A stretch of DNA of 64,000 nucleotides, from contig JAFYSJ010000026.1 in the NCBI GenBank assembly GCA_017559445.1, forward strand, positions 1,908-65,907, read 5' to 3'. This stretch comes from Clostridia bacterium (lineage in GTDB: Bacteria; Bacillota; Clostridia; RGIG7378). Below the pieces are notes generated by a model. That model saw only the letters and a list, made by a program, of their open reading frames with translations, did not search any database and had not been told where the DNA came from. The first letter of the stretch is position 1. The number at the start of each line of letters is the position of its first letter. Shown here one piece after another: positions 27,873 through 37,427 of the stretch. The translations under genes were made by a program, and so were the position numbers.

Positions 27873-29306
27873 TTATTTTATTGCCTTGTTTTTTTGACTT
27901 TTGCCAAGCAAGTATAAAAAGGCAAAAGCTGGTATGCGGTATAAAGTAGAACCATTGCGCTCAGTAAGCCCAAAATCCGTTGCGTTTTTTGAAATTACAT
28001 ATCCAGGCGTGTTAGATAGACCGTATATAACGATACCATCGTCGTCCTTAATGCTAGAGTTGTTGCGCATTTTGGCTTCAATATACTGGATAGGTTGGCC
28101 CGCATATTGTACTGCAACGTCTACCTCAGCACCATTTGCGTCTCGTATATATCCTACTTGATATAGCTTGTTTATGGCTAGGAAATAGTCCTTCACATGT
28201 TTGAATACGGTTGTTTCGATGGCGTATCCCAACTCTGTTGATTTTGTGTAGATGTCAGCGCCTAGCACAACGGCTCCTCTGATGCAATTGTCAGAAATAT
28301 AAATTTTATTTCGTTTCTTTAATATGTTCTTTCCTTGGATATTAAGCTGTTCACTAATGTTAATTAGATTGGCGTCGGCAAGGTACTGAATATATTTTTG
28401 AATAGTGGGTTTAGAAACTCCATTGGATTCCTTACACATTGCGTCAATATTTATTATGCTGGAACTGTTATAACAGAGGTAAACAAAGACTTTTTCTAAT
28501 TCATCAATATTACGTATCTCATGAATATTAGGCAAATCCTGTTTAATTGCTCGATCCATTACATCTTCTCGAATTAGAGATTGGGCATAGACAGTGTCTT
28601 CTGCTTTAACCAATTCAGGAAAACCACCAATTTGTAAATAATGCATTAGATGTACTTGTAAATCAGCTAAACCCATGATAAGGCGAGTTTGCTCCTGAAT
28701 AGGTAAGGTGTGGATTTTGAACACATCTTCACAATCAAAAAACTTGGAGACTCCTTTAATCTCGCAATATTCATAGAAGGAGAGTGTGGGGATGTGTATA
28801 ATAGTCCATCTTCCAGCGCCACTTTCTCTAACGCCATCTTCTACAGCTGCGCTAGCAGAACCAGTAGCAACGGCTCTCATTTCTGGATTCATATCGTAAG
28901 CCATCTTTAAGTAATGGGTCCAATTTTTATCAAACTGTATTTCATCCACAAAAAGATAAAATTCATCGTCATTGCAAATGTTGTTTTTATAAACGGATAA
29001 AACCTGATCTATACCTGCAGCTCTAATTACAGGGTGGTCAAAAGTAAAGAACAGAATATTTTGAGGTTTTATTCCTTGGGTTAATAAGTCAGAGATTATT
29101 TGGTAAATAATAGTTGTTTTACCAGTTCGTCTAGCTCCGCTCATTACAACAATGCGACGAAGGTCGCTGTTGAGTGCTTTATGACAAGTGTAATATCCGC
29201 AGCGTTTGAAATCCTTATGAAAGGATTTGGGTACAAGTCCATTTTGCCACCATGGATTATAATTTGTAAGAATTGAAAGTATATTTTCAGTATTAACAAG
29301 TGCCAT
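27873..29306 (-). CDS. AAA_14 ATPase with C-terminal DUF4143-like domain
   Basis: NPWW, GARRTGKT, FVDEIQ, TGSAS, GGFPE, KIYISD, EVD...IEAK; AT-rich. Confidence 0.85.
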   Translation of the reverse strand: MALVNTENILSILTNYNPWWQNGLVPKSFHKDFKRCGYYTCHKALNSDLRRIVVMSGARRTGKTTIIYQIISDLLTQGIKPQNILFFTFDHPVIRAAGIDQVLSVYKNNICNDDEFYLFVDEIQFDKNWTHYLKMAYDMNPEMRAVATGSASAAVEDGVRESGAGRWTIIHIPTLSFYEYCEIKGVSKFFDCEDVFKIHTLPIQEQTRLIMGLADLQVHLMHYLQIGGFPELVKAEDTVYAQSLIREDVMDRAIKQDLPNIHEIRNIDELEKVFVYLCYNSSSIINIDAMCKESNGVSKPTIQKYIQYLADANLINISEQLNIQGKNILKKRNKIYISDNCIRGAVVLGADIYTKSTELGYAIETTVFKHVKDYFLAINKLYQVGYIRDANGAEVDVAVQYAGQPIQYIEAKMRNNSSIKDDDGIVIYGLSNTPGYVISKNATDFGLTERNGSTLYRIPAFAFLYLLGKSQKNKAIK

Positions 29307-29365
29307 AAGTTTTCCTCCTTGTTCAGTGTATTTATATTGTAATAGAAAAATAGACGAAAATCTAG

Positions 29366-29427
29366 AATAATTTAAAGTATACTTTCAATTATTCCCAAGA
29401 AAAATATAAACTATACTTTAAATTATT
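29366..29427. promoter_or_regulatory. Palindromic operator-like sites upstream of the AAA gene
   Basis: 28-bp near-perfect palindrome AATAATTTAAAGTATACTTTCAATTATT (29366-29393) plus a third half-site TATACTTTAAATTATT (29412-29427). Confidence 0.6.
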
Positions 29428-29480
29428 GTCGGATTTTGTCGAAAAAGGTTAGAACAGAGATGTATTTTCTAGGATACAGC

Positions 29481-29517
29481 TAAATGTCAGGTCTTTTTAT
29501 TTTGCTCAAAAACCTAT
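29481..29517 (+). repeat. 37-bp direct repeat, right copy
   Basis: TAAATGTCAGGTCTTTTTATTTTGCTCAAAAACCTAT. Confidence 0.9.
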
Positions 29518-29578
29518 ACAATGTAGTAAGGTTTCTGGACCTGCATATTAGTTGAGGGATTGGCAATATTTTTAAGGT

Positions 29579-30901
29579 ATGAGCACATCTAAGGATAAGA
29601 CACAAAAGAATACTCAGGGCAGAAAGCTTCATTGGATGCAGTTGGATAATGCAGCCAAGATTTACCCTGCCGCTAGAACTCGCAATTGGAGTAACGTATT
29701 CCGTTTGTCCGCCACTTTGACAGAGAAGGTGGATGTGGAAGTGCTTCAGTCCGCCCTTAATGTTACAGTTCGCAGATTCCCATCTATTGCAGCCAGACTT
29801 CGCAAGGGCTTGTTCTGGTATTACATCCAGGAGGTTGAGGAAGCTCCTAAGATTATGGAGGAGAGTAGCTACCCCCTTGTTAAGATGCATAAGCCGGAGG
29901 TCCGCAGATGCGCCTTTAGAGTCATCGTATATGACAAGCGAATCGCAGTTGAAATATTCCATTCTTTGACAGATGGAAATGGTGGCCTTGTGTTCCTTAA
30001 GACTTTAATCGCAGAATATTTGGAGCAAAAGTATGGTGTAGAAATCCCTGCGGAACAAGGAGTTTTGGACAGGAGAGAGCCTCCGCGCAAAGAGGAAATG
30101 GAGGACTATTTCCACAAGGTTGCAGGACGAGTTCCAGCCAGCCGTAAGGAGACAGATGCCTACAAAATAACAGGCACAGTAGAGGATAGGGAGAGGATGC
30201 ATCTTGTATGTCTCAAGCTGCCAGCAGACAAGGTTAAGGCAATGGCCAAGCAGTACGATGTTACAGTTTCAGGCTTGTTTGCAGCTATTTTGACCAAGGC
30301 CATGATGGACATGCAAAGACATGAGGTAATTAACTTCATGAAGCAAAAGCCCATTAAGATTTTGATCCCTGTGGACCTTCGCAGAATGTATGGCATGGAC
30401 AGCTTGCGCAACTTTGTTCTCTATATGATCACAGAGATTGACCCAAGACTTGGCGAATACGATTTCAAAGAAATTTGTTACATCATAAAGCATCAGATGG
30501 CCCTTGGTGTAACAGCTAAGAATATGAGTTCCATGATCGCAACTAACGTGGCTCCTGACCAAAAGTTCATTTTGAGATTGGCACCACTGCCCCTTAAGAA
30601 CTTGGTTATGAAGGCTATTTTCAACGCAGTTGGAGAGAGAAAGTCATGCCTTAGCTTGTCAAACTTAGGCAAGGTTACAGTGCCAAAGTCCATGGAACAG
30701 TATGTGGAGAGAATGGACTTTTTCTTAAGCCCACCAGCCACTTTGCCATATAACTGTGGCATTTTGTCCTACGGAGATACTGTGTATGTAAACTTTCTCA
30801 GGGACATTAAGGAGCCTAGACTTGAGTTGGCTATGCATGAGGTTATGAGGGACATGGGAATAGTAGCCACGGTTGAGAGCAATCGCGGCAATAAGGAGTA
30901 A
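29579..30901 (+). CDS. Alcohol acetyltransferase/condensation-domain acyltransferase
   Basis: LDNAAKIYP, FHSLTDG (HxxxDG), PVDLR, LSNLG. Confidence 0.8.
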   Translation: MSTSKDKTQKNTQGRKLHWMQLDNAAKIYPAARTRNWSNVFRLSATLTEKVDVEVLQSALNVTVRRFPSIAARLRKGLFWYYIQEVEEAPKIMEESSYPLVKMHKPEVRRCAFRVIVYDKRIAVEIFHSLTDGNGGLVFLKTLIAEYLEQKYGVEIPAEQGVLDRREPPRKEEMEDYFHKVAGRVPASRKETDAYKITGTVEDRERMHLVCLKLPADKVKAMAKQYDVTVSGLFAAILTKAMMDMQRHEVINFMKQKPIKILIPVDLRRMYGMDSLRNFVLYMITEIDPRLGEYDFKEICYIIKHQMALGVTAKNMSSMIATNVAPDQKFILRLAPLPLKNLVMKAIFNAVGERKSCLSLSNLGKVTVPKSMEQYVERMDFFLSPPATLPYNCGILSYGDTVYVNFLRDIKEPRLELAMHEVMRDMGIVATVESNRGNKE

Positions 30902-30903
30902 GT

Positions 30904-31593
30904 ATGTATTGCGTAAAATGTGGAGTTAAATTAGAAGATACAGAGAAGCTGTGCCCCCTTTGCGGTACTAGAGTTTACCACCCAGATGTGGAAAGAGGTG
31001 AGGCTAGCCCTTTGTATCCTGCTAGAAAATATCCAGTAATGTTGCACCCCAAGACTGTGCAGATAGTTGTGACAACAATTTTCTTGATCGGTTGCCTTGT
31101 AACACTCTTGTGTAACTTAGAGACATCCGGCACAGTCACATGGTCAGGATACGTTATTGGCGCCGCCTTAATGACATATGTAATGGCTGTGTTGCCCACA
31201 TGGTTTAGACGACCTAATCCAGTTATATTCGTGCCAAGCGGAGGCGCTGCGATTTGTCTGTACTTGCTATATATAAGCATAGCAACAGAAGGCAGATGGT
31301 TTATGAGCTTTGCGTTCCCTGTGGTTGGAATTTTGACACTTATTGTGACCACAGTAGTGACTCTTTGCAGATATTTGGAAAATGGCAGATTGTACATCTT
31401 TGGCGGAGCTTTTATGGCAGCTGGGCTGTCCACAATTTTGGTAGAATTTCTGTTGAACATTACATTTAATAGACCATACGCAGGATGGTTCATTTATCCC
31501 ATGGTTCCATCTGTTTTGATTGGCGGTATGCTGATTTATTTGGCAATTTGCAGACCTGCAAGAGAGACCATGGAGAGAAAGTTCTTTGTATAG
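30904..31593 (+). CDS. Zinc-ribbon membrane protein (DUF6320-like)
   Basis: CVKC...CPLC followed by about 6 TM helices; adjacent to the acyltransferase. Confidence 0.65.
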   Translation: MYCVKCGVKLEDTEKLCPLCGTRVYHPDVERGEASPLYPARKYPVMLHPKTVQIVVTTIFLIGCLVTLLCNLETSGTVTWSGYVIGAALMTYVMAVLPTWFRRPNPVIFVPSGGAAICLYLLYISIATEGRWFMSFAFPVVGILTLIVTTVVTLCRYLENGRLYIFGGAFMAAGLSTILVEFLLNITFNRPYAGWFIYPMVPSVLIGGMLIYLAICRPARETMERKFFV

Positions 31594-31602
31594 GGGTGGA
31601 GC

Positions 31603-32169
31603 ATGAAAAAGAAGGTTTTGTTAGTTTGCCCTGGTATTAGCATAGTGGCATTTGGTGTGATAGTTGTAACTTTGGTTGTTTCGATCATCACACACGCTCT
31701 AATGATTGCAGCATTTGCAACTTTAATGCTTATTTTGCTCCCGACAATTTTCGGCATCGCATATGGCAGAGAATTTGTAAATGCAAAGGGAGAAAAAGCA
31801 AAGGAGAGCATAGGCACTAGGGTTTTTGACATAGTGATTTTGGATGAAGAAGGAATCCGAAATAGCAAAAGGAAAATCCCATGGGATAAGGTGTTTTTGG
31901 CAAAGGCTAAAACATACGAGTTTTATGGCTTGCGCAAGATTGATAGAGCATGGCAACAGGCAGTCCATACATATAAGGATATAGAACTTGCATGTTTCTA
32001 CGCAGGTAGAGAAGTAAATGGCAAGGTATATGCAGATGCAGATACTGAGATTGTACTACATATGAACAAGAAAACTCGTAAGTTATTGCTCCAGTATGCA
32101 GAGGGTAAGTCTCAGGTTGTGGACAAGTTCTTAAACTCTGCTGTAGACTGGTACAAGTACATGGAGTAA
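31603..32169 (+). CDS. Hypothetical membrane protein
   Basis: Two N-terminal TM helices, GGAG RBS, operon context. Confidence 0.6.
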   Translation: MKKKVLLVCPGISIVAFGVIVVTLVVSIITHALMIAAFATLMLILLPTIFGIAYGREFVNAKGEKAKESIGTRVFDIVILDEEGIRNSKRKIPWDKVFLAKAKTYEFYGLRKIDRAWQQAVHTYKDIELACFYAGREVNGKVYADADTEIVLHMNKKTRKLLLQYAEGKSQVVDKFLNSAVDWYKYME

Positions 32170-32179
32170 GGAGGTACAT

Positions 32180-32593
32180 ATGAATTTCACCATGATAATA
32201 AGGAGATTTTTGGCATTCTGGATTGATTGGATTGTGCTATGGGGTGGAGCATATGGAGTTTTGGCCCTGGGACTTGGCAAGAATACAGATTTGTTAATGT
32301 ATCCAAGTTTTGAGCTATTTGCATCACCAGCCCTATATTTATTCCTTATTTGGATATTAGTTTTTATCTTGTTTAAGGATTGTTTGTTTAAGGGAAGAAG
32401 TCTCGGAAAAATGATCTGCAAACTAGTTATTGTAAATGCTCAAAATCCAGAACAAAAGGCCTCCTTTAAGGCTCTTGTGATTAGAAACCTCACATTTATA
32501 ATCCTACAGATTGAGCTGATTATTGTTTTGGTAAACAAGGGCGTTAGAGTGGGAGATATGCTTGCAAATACAAGAGTTGTAAGTGCCAAATAA
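32180..32593 (+). CDS. RDD family membrane protein
   Basis: RRFLAFWID, GRSLGK, GDMLANTRVV. Confidence 0.85.
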   Translation: MNFTMIIRRFLAFWIDWIVLWGGAYGVLALGLGKNTDLLMYPSFELFASPALYLFLIWILVFILFKDCLFKGRSLGKMICKLVIVNAQNPEQKASFKALVIRNLTFIILQIELIIVLVNKGVRVGDMLANTRVVSAK

Positions 32594-32628
32594 CTTACTT
32601 ATTTTCCCCAAAATATTATAAATTATTC

Positions 32629-32656
32629 AACACTTGGTTTTGTGCCAAGTGTTTTT
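32629..32656 (+). terminator. Intrinsic terminator
   Basis: AACACTTGG...CCAAGTGTTTTT. Confidence 0.65.
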
Positions 32657-32802
32657 GCTTTTCTTGCAAAAATACTTGAAAAACTTGTCTAAATCACTTG
32701 ATTTTTTCGTCGAAAAAAGTGATACTTCAATAGGGTGGGTAACTGCGCTCTAAAGAGCCTTCCACCTATATATAAACATACTTCTATGAGGAGACAAACA
32801 AT

Positions 32803-33042
32803 ATGAAGATTACAGTTTGCATCGGCAGCTCATGCCATATTAAGGGTTCCCGTCAGGTTGTGGAGCAGCTTCAGAAGCTCATTGCACAGCACAACGTAGG
32901 TGACAAGGTTGAGATGGCAGGCACATTCTGCTTGGGCAAGTGCCAGCAGGGCGTATGCGTTAACGTGGACGATGAGTTCCACTCTGTATCCCCAGACACA
33001 GTAGATGCCTTCTTCCAGGAGCAGGTATTGGCTAAGATCTAA
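32803..33042 (+). CDS. hfsA: Thioredoxin-like [2Fe-2S] ferredoxin (HfsA-like)
   Basis: CIGSSCHIKG...CLGKC; first gene of the hfs-type operon. Confidence 0.8.
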   Translation: MKITVCIGSSCHIKGSRQVVEQLQKLIAQHNVGDKVEMAGTFCLGKCQQGVCVNVDDEFHSVSPDTVDAFFQEQVLAKI

Positions 33043-33080
33043 ATCTAAATCCGTTTATTTTCGAAAGGAGGTAGGTTTAA

Positions 33081-34757
33081 GTGGCCAATGTTTTAACACT
33101 TAAGAAGTCTAATTGTAAGAACTGTTACAAGTGCATTCGCCATTGTCCAGTTAAGGCCATTCGCTTTTCTGGTAACCAGGCACACATTATCGGCAACGAG
33201 TGTATTCTCTGTGGCCAGTGTTTTGTTGTGTGTCCACAGAATGCTAAGGAGATTGTTGGCGAGATCGAAAAGGTTAAGGTTCTCTTGCAGAGTGGAGAAC
33301 CTGTTATTGTCAGCTTAGCACCTTCCTTTATTGCTAATTATGAGGGTTCTGGCATCAACGCCATGCGTAAGGCCCTCAAGCAGCTTGGCTTCCACGATGT
33401 GGAGGAGACTGCTATTGGTGCCACTATTGTTAAGAACGAGTACCAGCGCATGCTGGACGAGGAGTTCAGAGATATTATTATCACTTCTTGCTGTCACTCC
33501 ATTAACCTGCTTATTCAGAAGTATTTCCCTAGGCAGTTGGAGTATTTGGCAGACGTGGTTTCTCCCATGCAGGCACATTGCCAGGATATTAAGAGGAGAT
33601 ACCCCAATGCTAAGACAGTATTTGTAGGACCATGTGTTGCTAAGAAGGATGAGGCAGCTCACTACGAGGGTATTGTAGATGCTGTACTTACATTCGAGGA
33701 GCTTACTAAGTGGCTTGTAAGTGAGAATATTGTTCTGGACAAGGAGATGGATCAGGACGACAACAGCCGTGCTAGATTCTTCCCAACCACAGGTGGTGTC
33801 CTTAAGACCATGCTTAATGCCAGACCAGATTATACATATTTGGCCATTGACGGCGTTGAGAACTGCATTGCAGCCATGGAGGATATCGAGAGCGGCAAGA
33901 TTCATAAGTGCTTTATCGAGATGTCTGCTTGCGTAGGTTCCTGCGTTGGTGGTCCTACTATGGAGAAGTATCACAAGTCCACAGTTAAGGATTACATGGC
34001 AGTTTCTAAGTACGCAGGTACTAAGGACTTTGAGGTAGACCAGCCCAAGTCTGTAGAGCTTCGTAAGACATTTGAGTTTATCGAGCACAAGATTCCACTT
34101 CCCACAGAGGAAGAGATTGCCGCAGTAATGCGCCAGATGGGCAAGACTAGGAGCGGTAGCGAGCTTAATTGTGGTTCCTGTGGATACAACACATGTAGAG
34201 AAAAGGCTATTGCCGTATGCCAGGGCAAGGCAGAGCTTTCTATGTGCTTGCCTTTCCTTAAGGACAAGGCTGAGAGTTTCTCAGATACCATCGTTAAGAA
34301 TACACACAATGGACTTATTGTTCTCAATGAGAACTTAGAGGTTCAGCAGATTAACGGTGCCGCACGCAGGATCATGAACATTAGAGCCGCTTCCGACGTT
34401 ATGGGAGATCAGGTTATCCGTATTTTGGATCCTACACCTTTCTACAATGTACTTAAGTCCGGTAGAGATATCCGCGACAACAGAACATATTTGGCAGAGT
34501 ACAACAGGTATGTGGACATGACAGTTATCCACGACAGAGAGTCCCACGTTTTGATTTGCATGATGAGGGATGTAACTGACGAAGAGGCTCAGAGAGAGCG
34601 CAAGGAGAACATCAGCCGTCATACAATTGAGGTTGCTGACAAGGTTGTAGAAAAGCAGATGCGTATCGTTCAGGAGATTGCTTCTCTGTTGGGCGAAACT
34701 GCTGCTGAGACCAAGATCGCACTTACAAAGTTAAAGGAGTCTATTACAGATGAATGA
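33081..34757 (+). CDS. hfsB: Sensory [FeFe]-hydrogenase with PAS domain (HydS/HfsB)
   Basis: 2x[4Fe-4S], TSCCHS / GPCVAKKDEA / EMSACVGSCVGG H-cluster variants, NCGSCGYNTC FeS motif, C-terminal PAS domain. Confidence 0.85.
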   Translation: MANVLTLKKSNCKNCYKCIRHCPVKAIRFSGNQAHIIGNECILCGQCFVVCPQNAKEIVGEIEKVKVLLQSGEPVIVSLAPSFIANYEGSGINAMRKALKQLGFHDVEETAIGATIVKNEYQRMLDEEFRDIIITSCCHSINLLIQKYFPRQLEYLADVVSPMQAHCQDIKRRYPNAKTVFVGPCVAKKDEAAHYEGIVDAVLTFEELTKWLVSENIVLDKEMDQDDNSRARFFPTTGGVLKTMLNARPDYTYLAIDGVENCIAAMEDIESGKIHKCFIEMSACVGSCVGGPTMEKYHKSTVKDYMAVSKYAGTKDFEVDQPKSVELRKTFEFIEHKIPLPTEEEIAAVMRQMGKTRSGSELNCGSCGYNTCREKAIAVCQGKAELSMCLPFLKDKAESFSDTIVKNTHNGLIVLNENLEVQQINGAARRIMNIRAASDVMGDQVIRILDPTPFYNVLKSGRDIRDNRTYLAEYNRYVDMTVIHDRESHVLICMMRDVTDEEAQRERKENISRHTIEVADKVVEKQMRIVQEIASLLGETAAETKIALTKLKESITDE

Positions 34758-35922
34758 TTTGTGTGCCGATATTGGTTACAAAAGCATAAATCACTACGGC
34801 GAGGAGCTGTGCGGTGACCATGTGGATATTATAGAACAGAGCAATGATTCCACAGTTATCGTTTTGGCCGATGGACTTGGTAGTGGCGTAAAGGCCAGTA
34901 TTTTGTCCACATTGACCTCTAAGATTATCTCCACCATGATGGCAGAGGGATTGCCTTTGGAGGAATGTGTAGCAACTATTGCGGCTACACTGCCCGTTTG
35001 CTCCCTTAGGGGCGTGGCATATTCCACATTTACCATTATCCATTTGATTAATAATCAGATGGCAGAGATTATTCAGTACGATAACCCTAAGGTTGTTCTC
35101 ATTAGAGACGATGTTAACTACGACTATCCAACTACTGAGATGACAATCGAGGGCAAAAAGATTCTCAAGTCCGTTATTCCTCTTAAGGAGAATGATATTT
35201 TCCTTGCCATGAGCGACGGATGCCCCCACGCAGGTATAGGTACTGCCTATAACTTCGGTTGGAGGAGAGATGACATCATAAGCTTTATTGAAACTATCGC
35301 ACCAGCAGGATATACTGCTAAGACTTTGTCCACCATGCTGGTAGATGAGTGCAACAGGCTTTATGATAATAAGCCAGGAGACGATGCCACAGCTTGTATC
35401 GTTAAGATCCGTAAGAGAGTTCCTATGAACATGCTCTTCGGACCTCCATATAACAGAGATGATAGCGACCGTATGATGTCCTTGTTCTTTTCCAAAGAGG
35501 GCAAGCACATTATCTGCGGAGGTACAACTTCCTCCATTGCAGCTAAGTATCTTGGTAAGCCTCTTAAGGCCACATTGAGCTTCGAACAGTCAGATGTGCC
35601 ACCTATTGCAGAGATTGAGGGTGTTGACCTAGTTACAGAGGGTGTTATTACAGTTAACAAGGTGCTTGAATATGCTAAGGATTATTTGGCAGACAACCAG
35701 ATGTACGAGCATTGGAGCATTAAGCGAGATGGAGCTTCATTGATTTGCAGATTGCTTTTCGAAGAGGCCACAGATATTAATTTCTACGTGGGACGAGCCA
35801 TTAACCCTGCCCACCAGAACCCAGATTTGCCAATCAACTTTAACATTAAGATGAATCTGGTATCGGAATTGTCCAATTGCCTTAAGCAAATGGGTAAAAG
35901 GATCAAAGTAAGTTATTTTTAG
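34750..35922 (+). CDS. hfsC: SpoIIE/PP2C-family Ser/Thr phosphatase (HfsC)
   Basis: CGD, LADGLGSG, SDG, GDDAT motifs. Confidence 0.85.
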   Translation: MNDLCADIGYKSINHYGEELCGDHVDIIEQSNDSTVIVLADGLGSGVKASILSTLTSKIISTMMAEGLPLEECVATIAATLPVCSLRGVAYSTFTIIHLINNQMAEIIQYDNPKVVLIRDDVNYDYPTTEMTIEGKKILKSVIPLKENDIFLAMSDGCPHAGIGTAYNFGWRRDDIISFIETIAPAGYTAKTLSTMLVDECNRLYDNKPGDDATACIVKIRKRVPMNMLFGPPYNRDDSDRMMSLFFSKEGKHIICGGTTSSIAAKYLGKPLKATLSFEQSDVPPIAEIEGVDLVTEGVITVNKVLEYAKDYLADNQMYEHWSIKRDGASLICRLLFEEATDINFYVGRAINPAHQNPDLPINFNIKMNLVSELSNCLKQMGKRIKVSYF

Positions 35923-35936
35923 GAGATATAAAGTAA

Positions 35937-37358
35937 ATGAGAAAGTTTGACACAAAAGTTCAGCACTTGAAGTACAAGGTTTTGAGAGAAGTTGCAAAGC
36001 ATGCTTGGAACGATACTCTTCTTGAGAATATTTTAGAGATTCCTAAGACAATTTCTCCTGGACCAAAGGCAACAATGCGTTGCTGCGTATACAAGGAAAG
36101 AGCTATTTTGGCAGAGCGTATTAAGCTCGCTATGGGTGGCGATACTACTAACCCAAATGTTATCGAGGTTATCGAGATTGCTTGTGACGAGTGTCCAGCA
36201 GCTGGTTACGAGGTAACAGATTCCTGCAGAGGTTGTTTGGCTCACAGATGTGAGGACGTATGTAAGAGAGGCGCTATTTCCTTCGACAGCAACCACGTTG
36301 CACACATTGACAAGACAAAGTGCGTAGAGTGCGGACAGTGCGCTAAGGTATGTCCTTATGCAGCTATCGTAAACCGTAAGCGTCCTTGCCAGAACGCATG
36401 TAAGGTTAAGGCTATTAACATTAAGGAGAACAACGCAGCTGAGATTGACAATTCTAAGTGTATCTCTTGCGGCGCATGTGTTTACCAGTGCCCATTCGGT
36501 GCTATTTCCGATAAGTCCTATATTGTTCACACAATCGACCTTATTAAGAAGAGCGAGAACAACACAAAGTACAAGGTATACGCATTGGTTGCACCTTCTA
36601 TTTCCAGCCAGTTCAAGTATGCTAAGCTTGGTCAGGTAATTACAGGTCTTAAGGCTCTCGGCATGTACACAGTAGTTGAGGCTGCTCTCGGTGCAGATAT
36701 GGTTGCTCTTGAGGAGTCCAAGGAGTTGGTAGAAAAGGGATTCCTTACAAGCTCTTGCTGCCCTGCATTCGTTGCATATATCAACAAGTCCTTCCCTCAG
36801 CTTCTTCCTCTCGTATCCCACAATCCTTCTCCAATGGTAGCATTGGCAAAGTATGTTAAGGAGACAGACCCAACAGCTAAGGTTGTATTCATTGGACCTT
36901 GCACAGCTAAGAAGGGCGAGGCACAGCTTGAGCATGCTAAGGACTATGTAGACGCAGTTCTTACATTCGAGGAGCTTCAGGCACTCTTTGACAGCAAGTA
37001 CTTGGATATTACAGAGATGGAAGAGGATGTATTGGACAATGCTTCCTACTTCGGTAGAATCTTTGCTAGATCTGGTGGTCTTACAGATGCAGTTGTACAG
37101 GCTCTTAAGGAGCAGAACATCCAGTTCGAGGTTAAGGCAACAACATGTAACGGTATTGAGGAGTGCAGAATGGCATTACTCAAGAAGTCCAAGAACGTAT
37201 TGGATGCTAACTTCATCGAAGGTATGGCATGTATCGGCGGATGTATCGGTGGTGCTGGCTGCTTGACTCACGGTGAGAAGAACAAGGCTGAGGTTGATGC
37301 ATACGGCAGAGAAGCCATGGAAAAGAACATCAAGGATGCAGTTTCTGTATTGAAGTAA
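35937..37358 (+). CDS. hfsD: Monomeric [FeFe]-hydrogenase (HfsD-like)
   Basis: Multiple CxxCxxCxxxC clusters; SSCCPAF, GPCTAKKGEA, EGMACIGGCIGGAG. Confidence 0.85.
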   Translation: MRKFDTKVQHLKYKVLREVAKHAWNDTLLENILEIPKTISPGPKATMRCCVYKERAILAERIKLAMGGDTTNPNVIEVIEIACDECPAAGYEVTDSCRGCLAHRCEDVCKRGAISFDSNHVAHIDKTKCVECGQCAKVCPYAAIVNRKRPCQNACKVKAINIKENNAAEIDNSKCISCGACVYQCPFGAISDKSYIVHTIDLIKKSENNTKYKVYALVAPSISSQFKYAKLGQVITGLKALGMYTVVEAALGADMVALEESKELVEKGFLTSSCCPAFVAYINKSFPQLLPLVSHNPSPMVALAKYVKETDPTAKVVFIGPCTAKKGEAQLEHAKDYVDAVLTFEELQALFDSKYLDITEMEEDVLDNASYFGRIFARSGGLTDAVVQALKEQNIQFEVKATTCNGIEECRMALLKKSKNVLDANFIEGMACIGGCIGGAGCLTHGEKNKAEVDAYGREAMEKNIKDAVSVLK

Positions 37359-37427
37359 TTAAATTAAATTTGCCACTGACGGGGCGCTCTTATGCGTCCC
37401 GTTTCGTGTGTTTAGAGGAGATATTAG

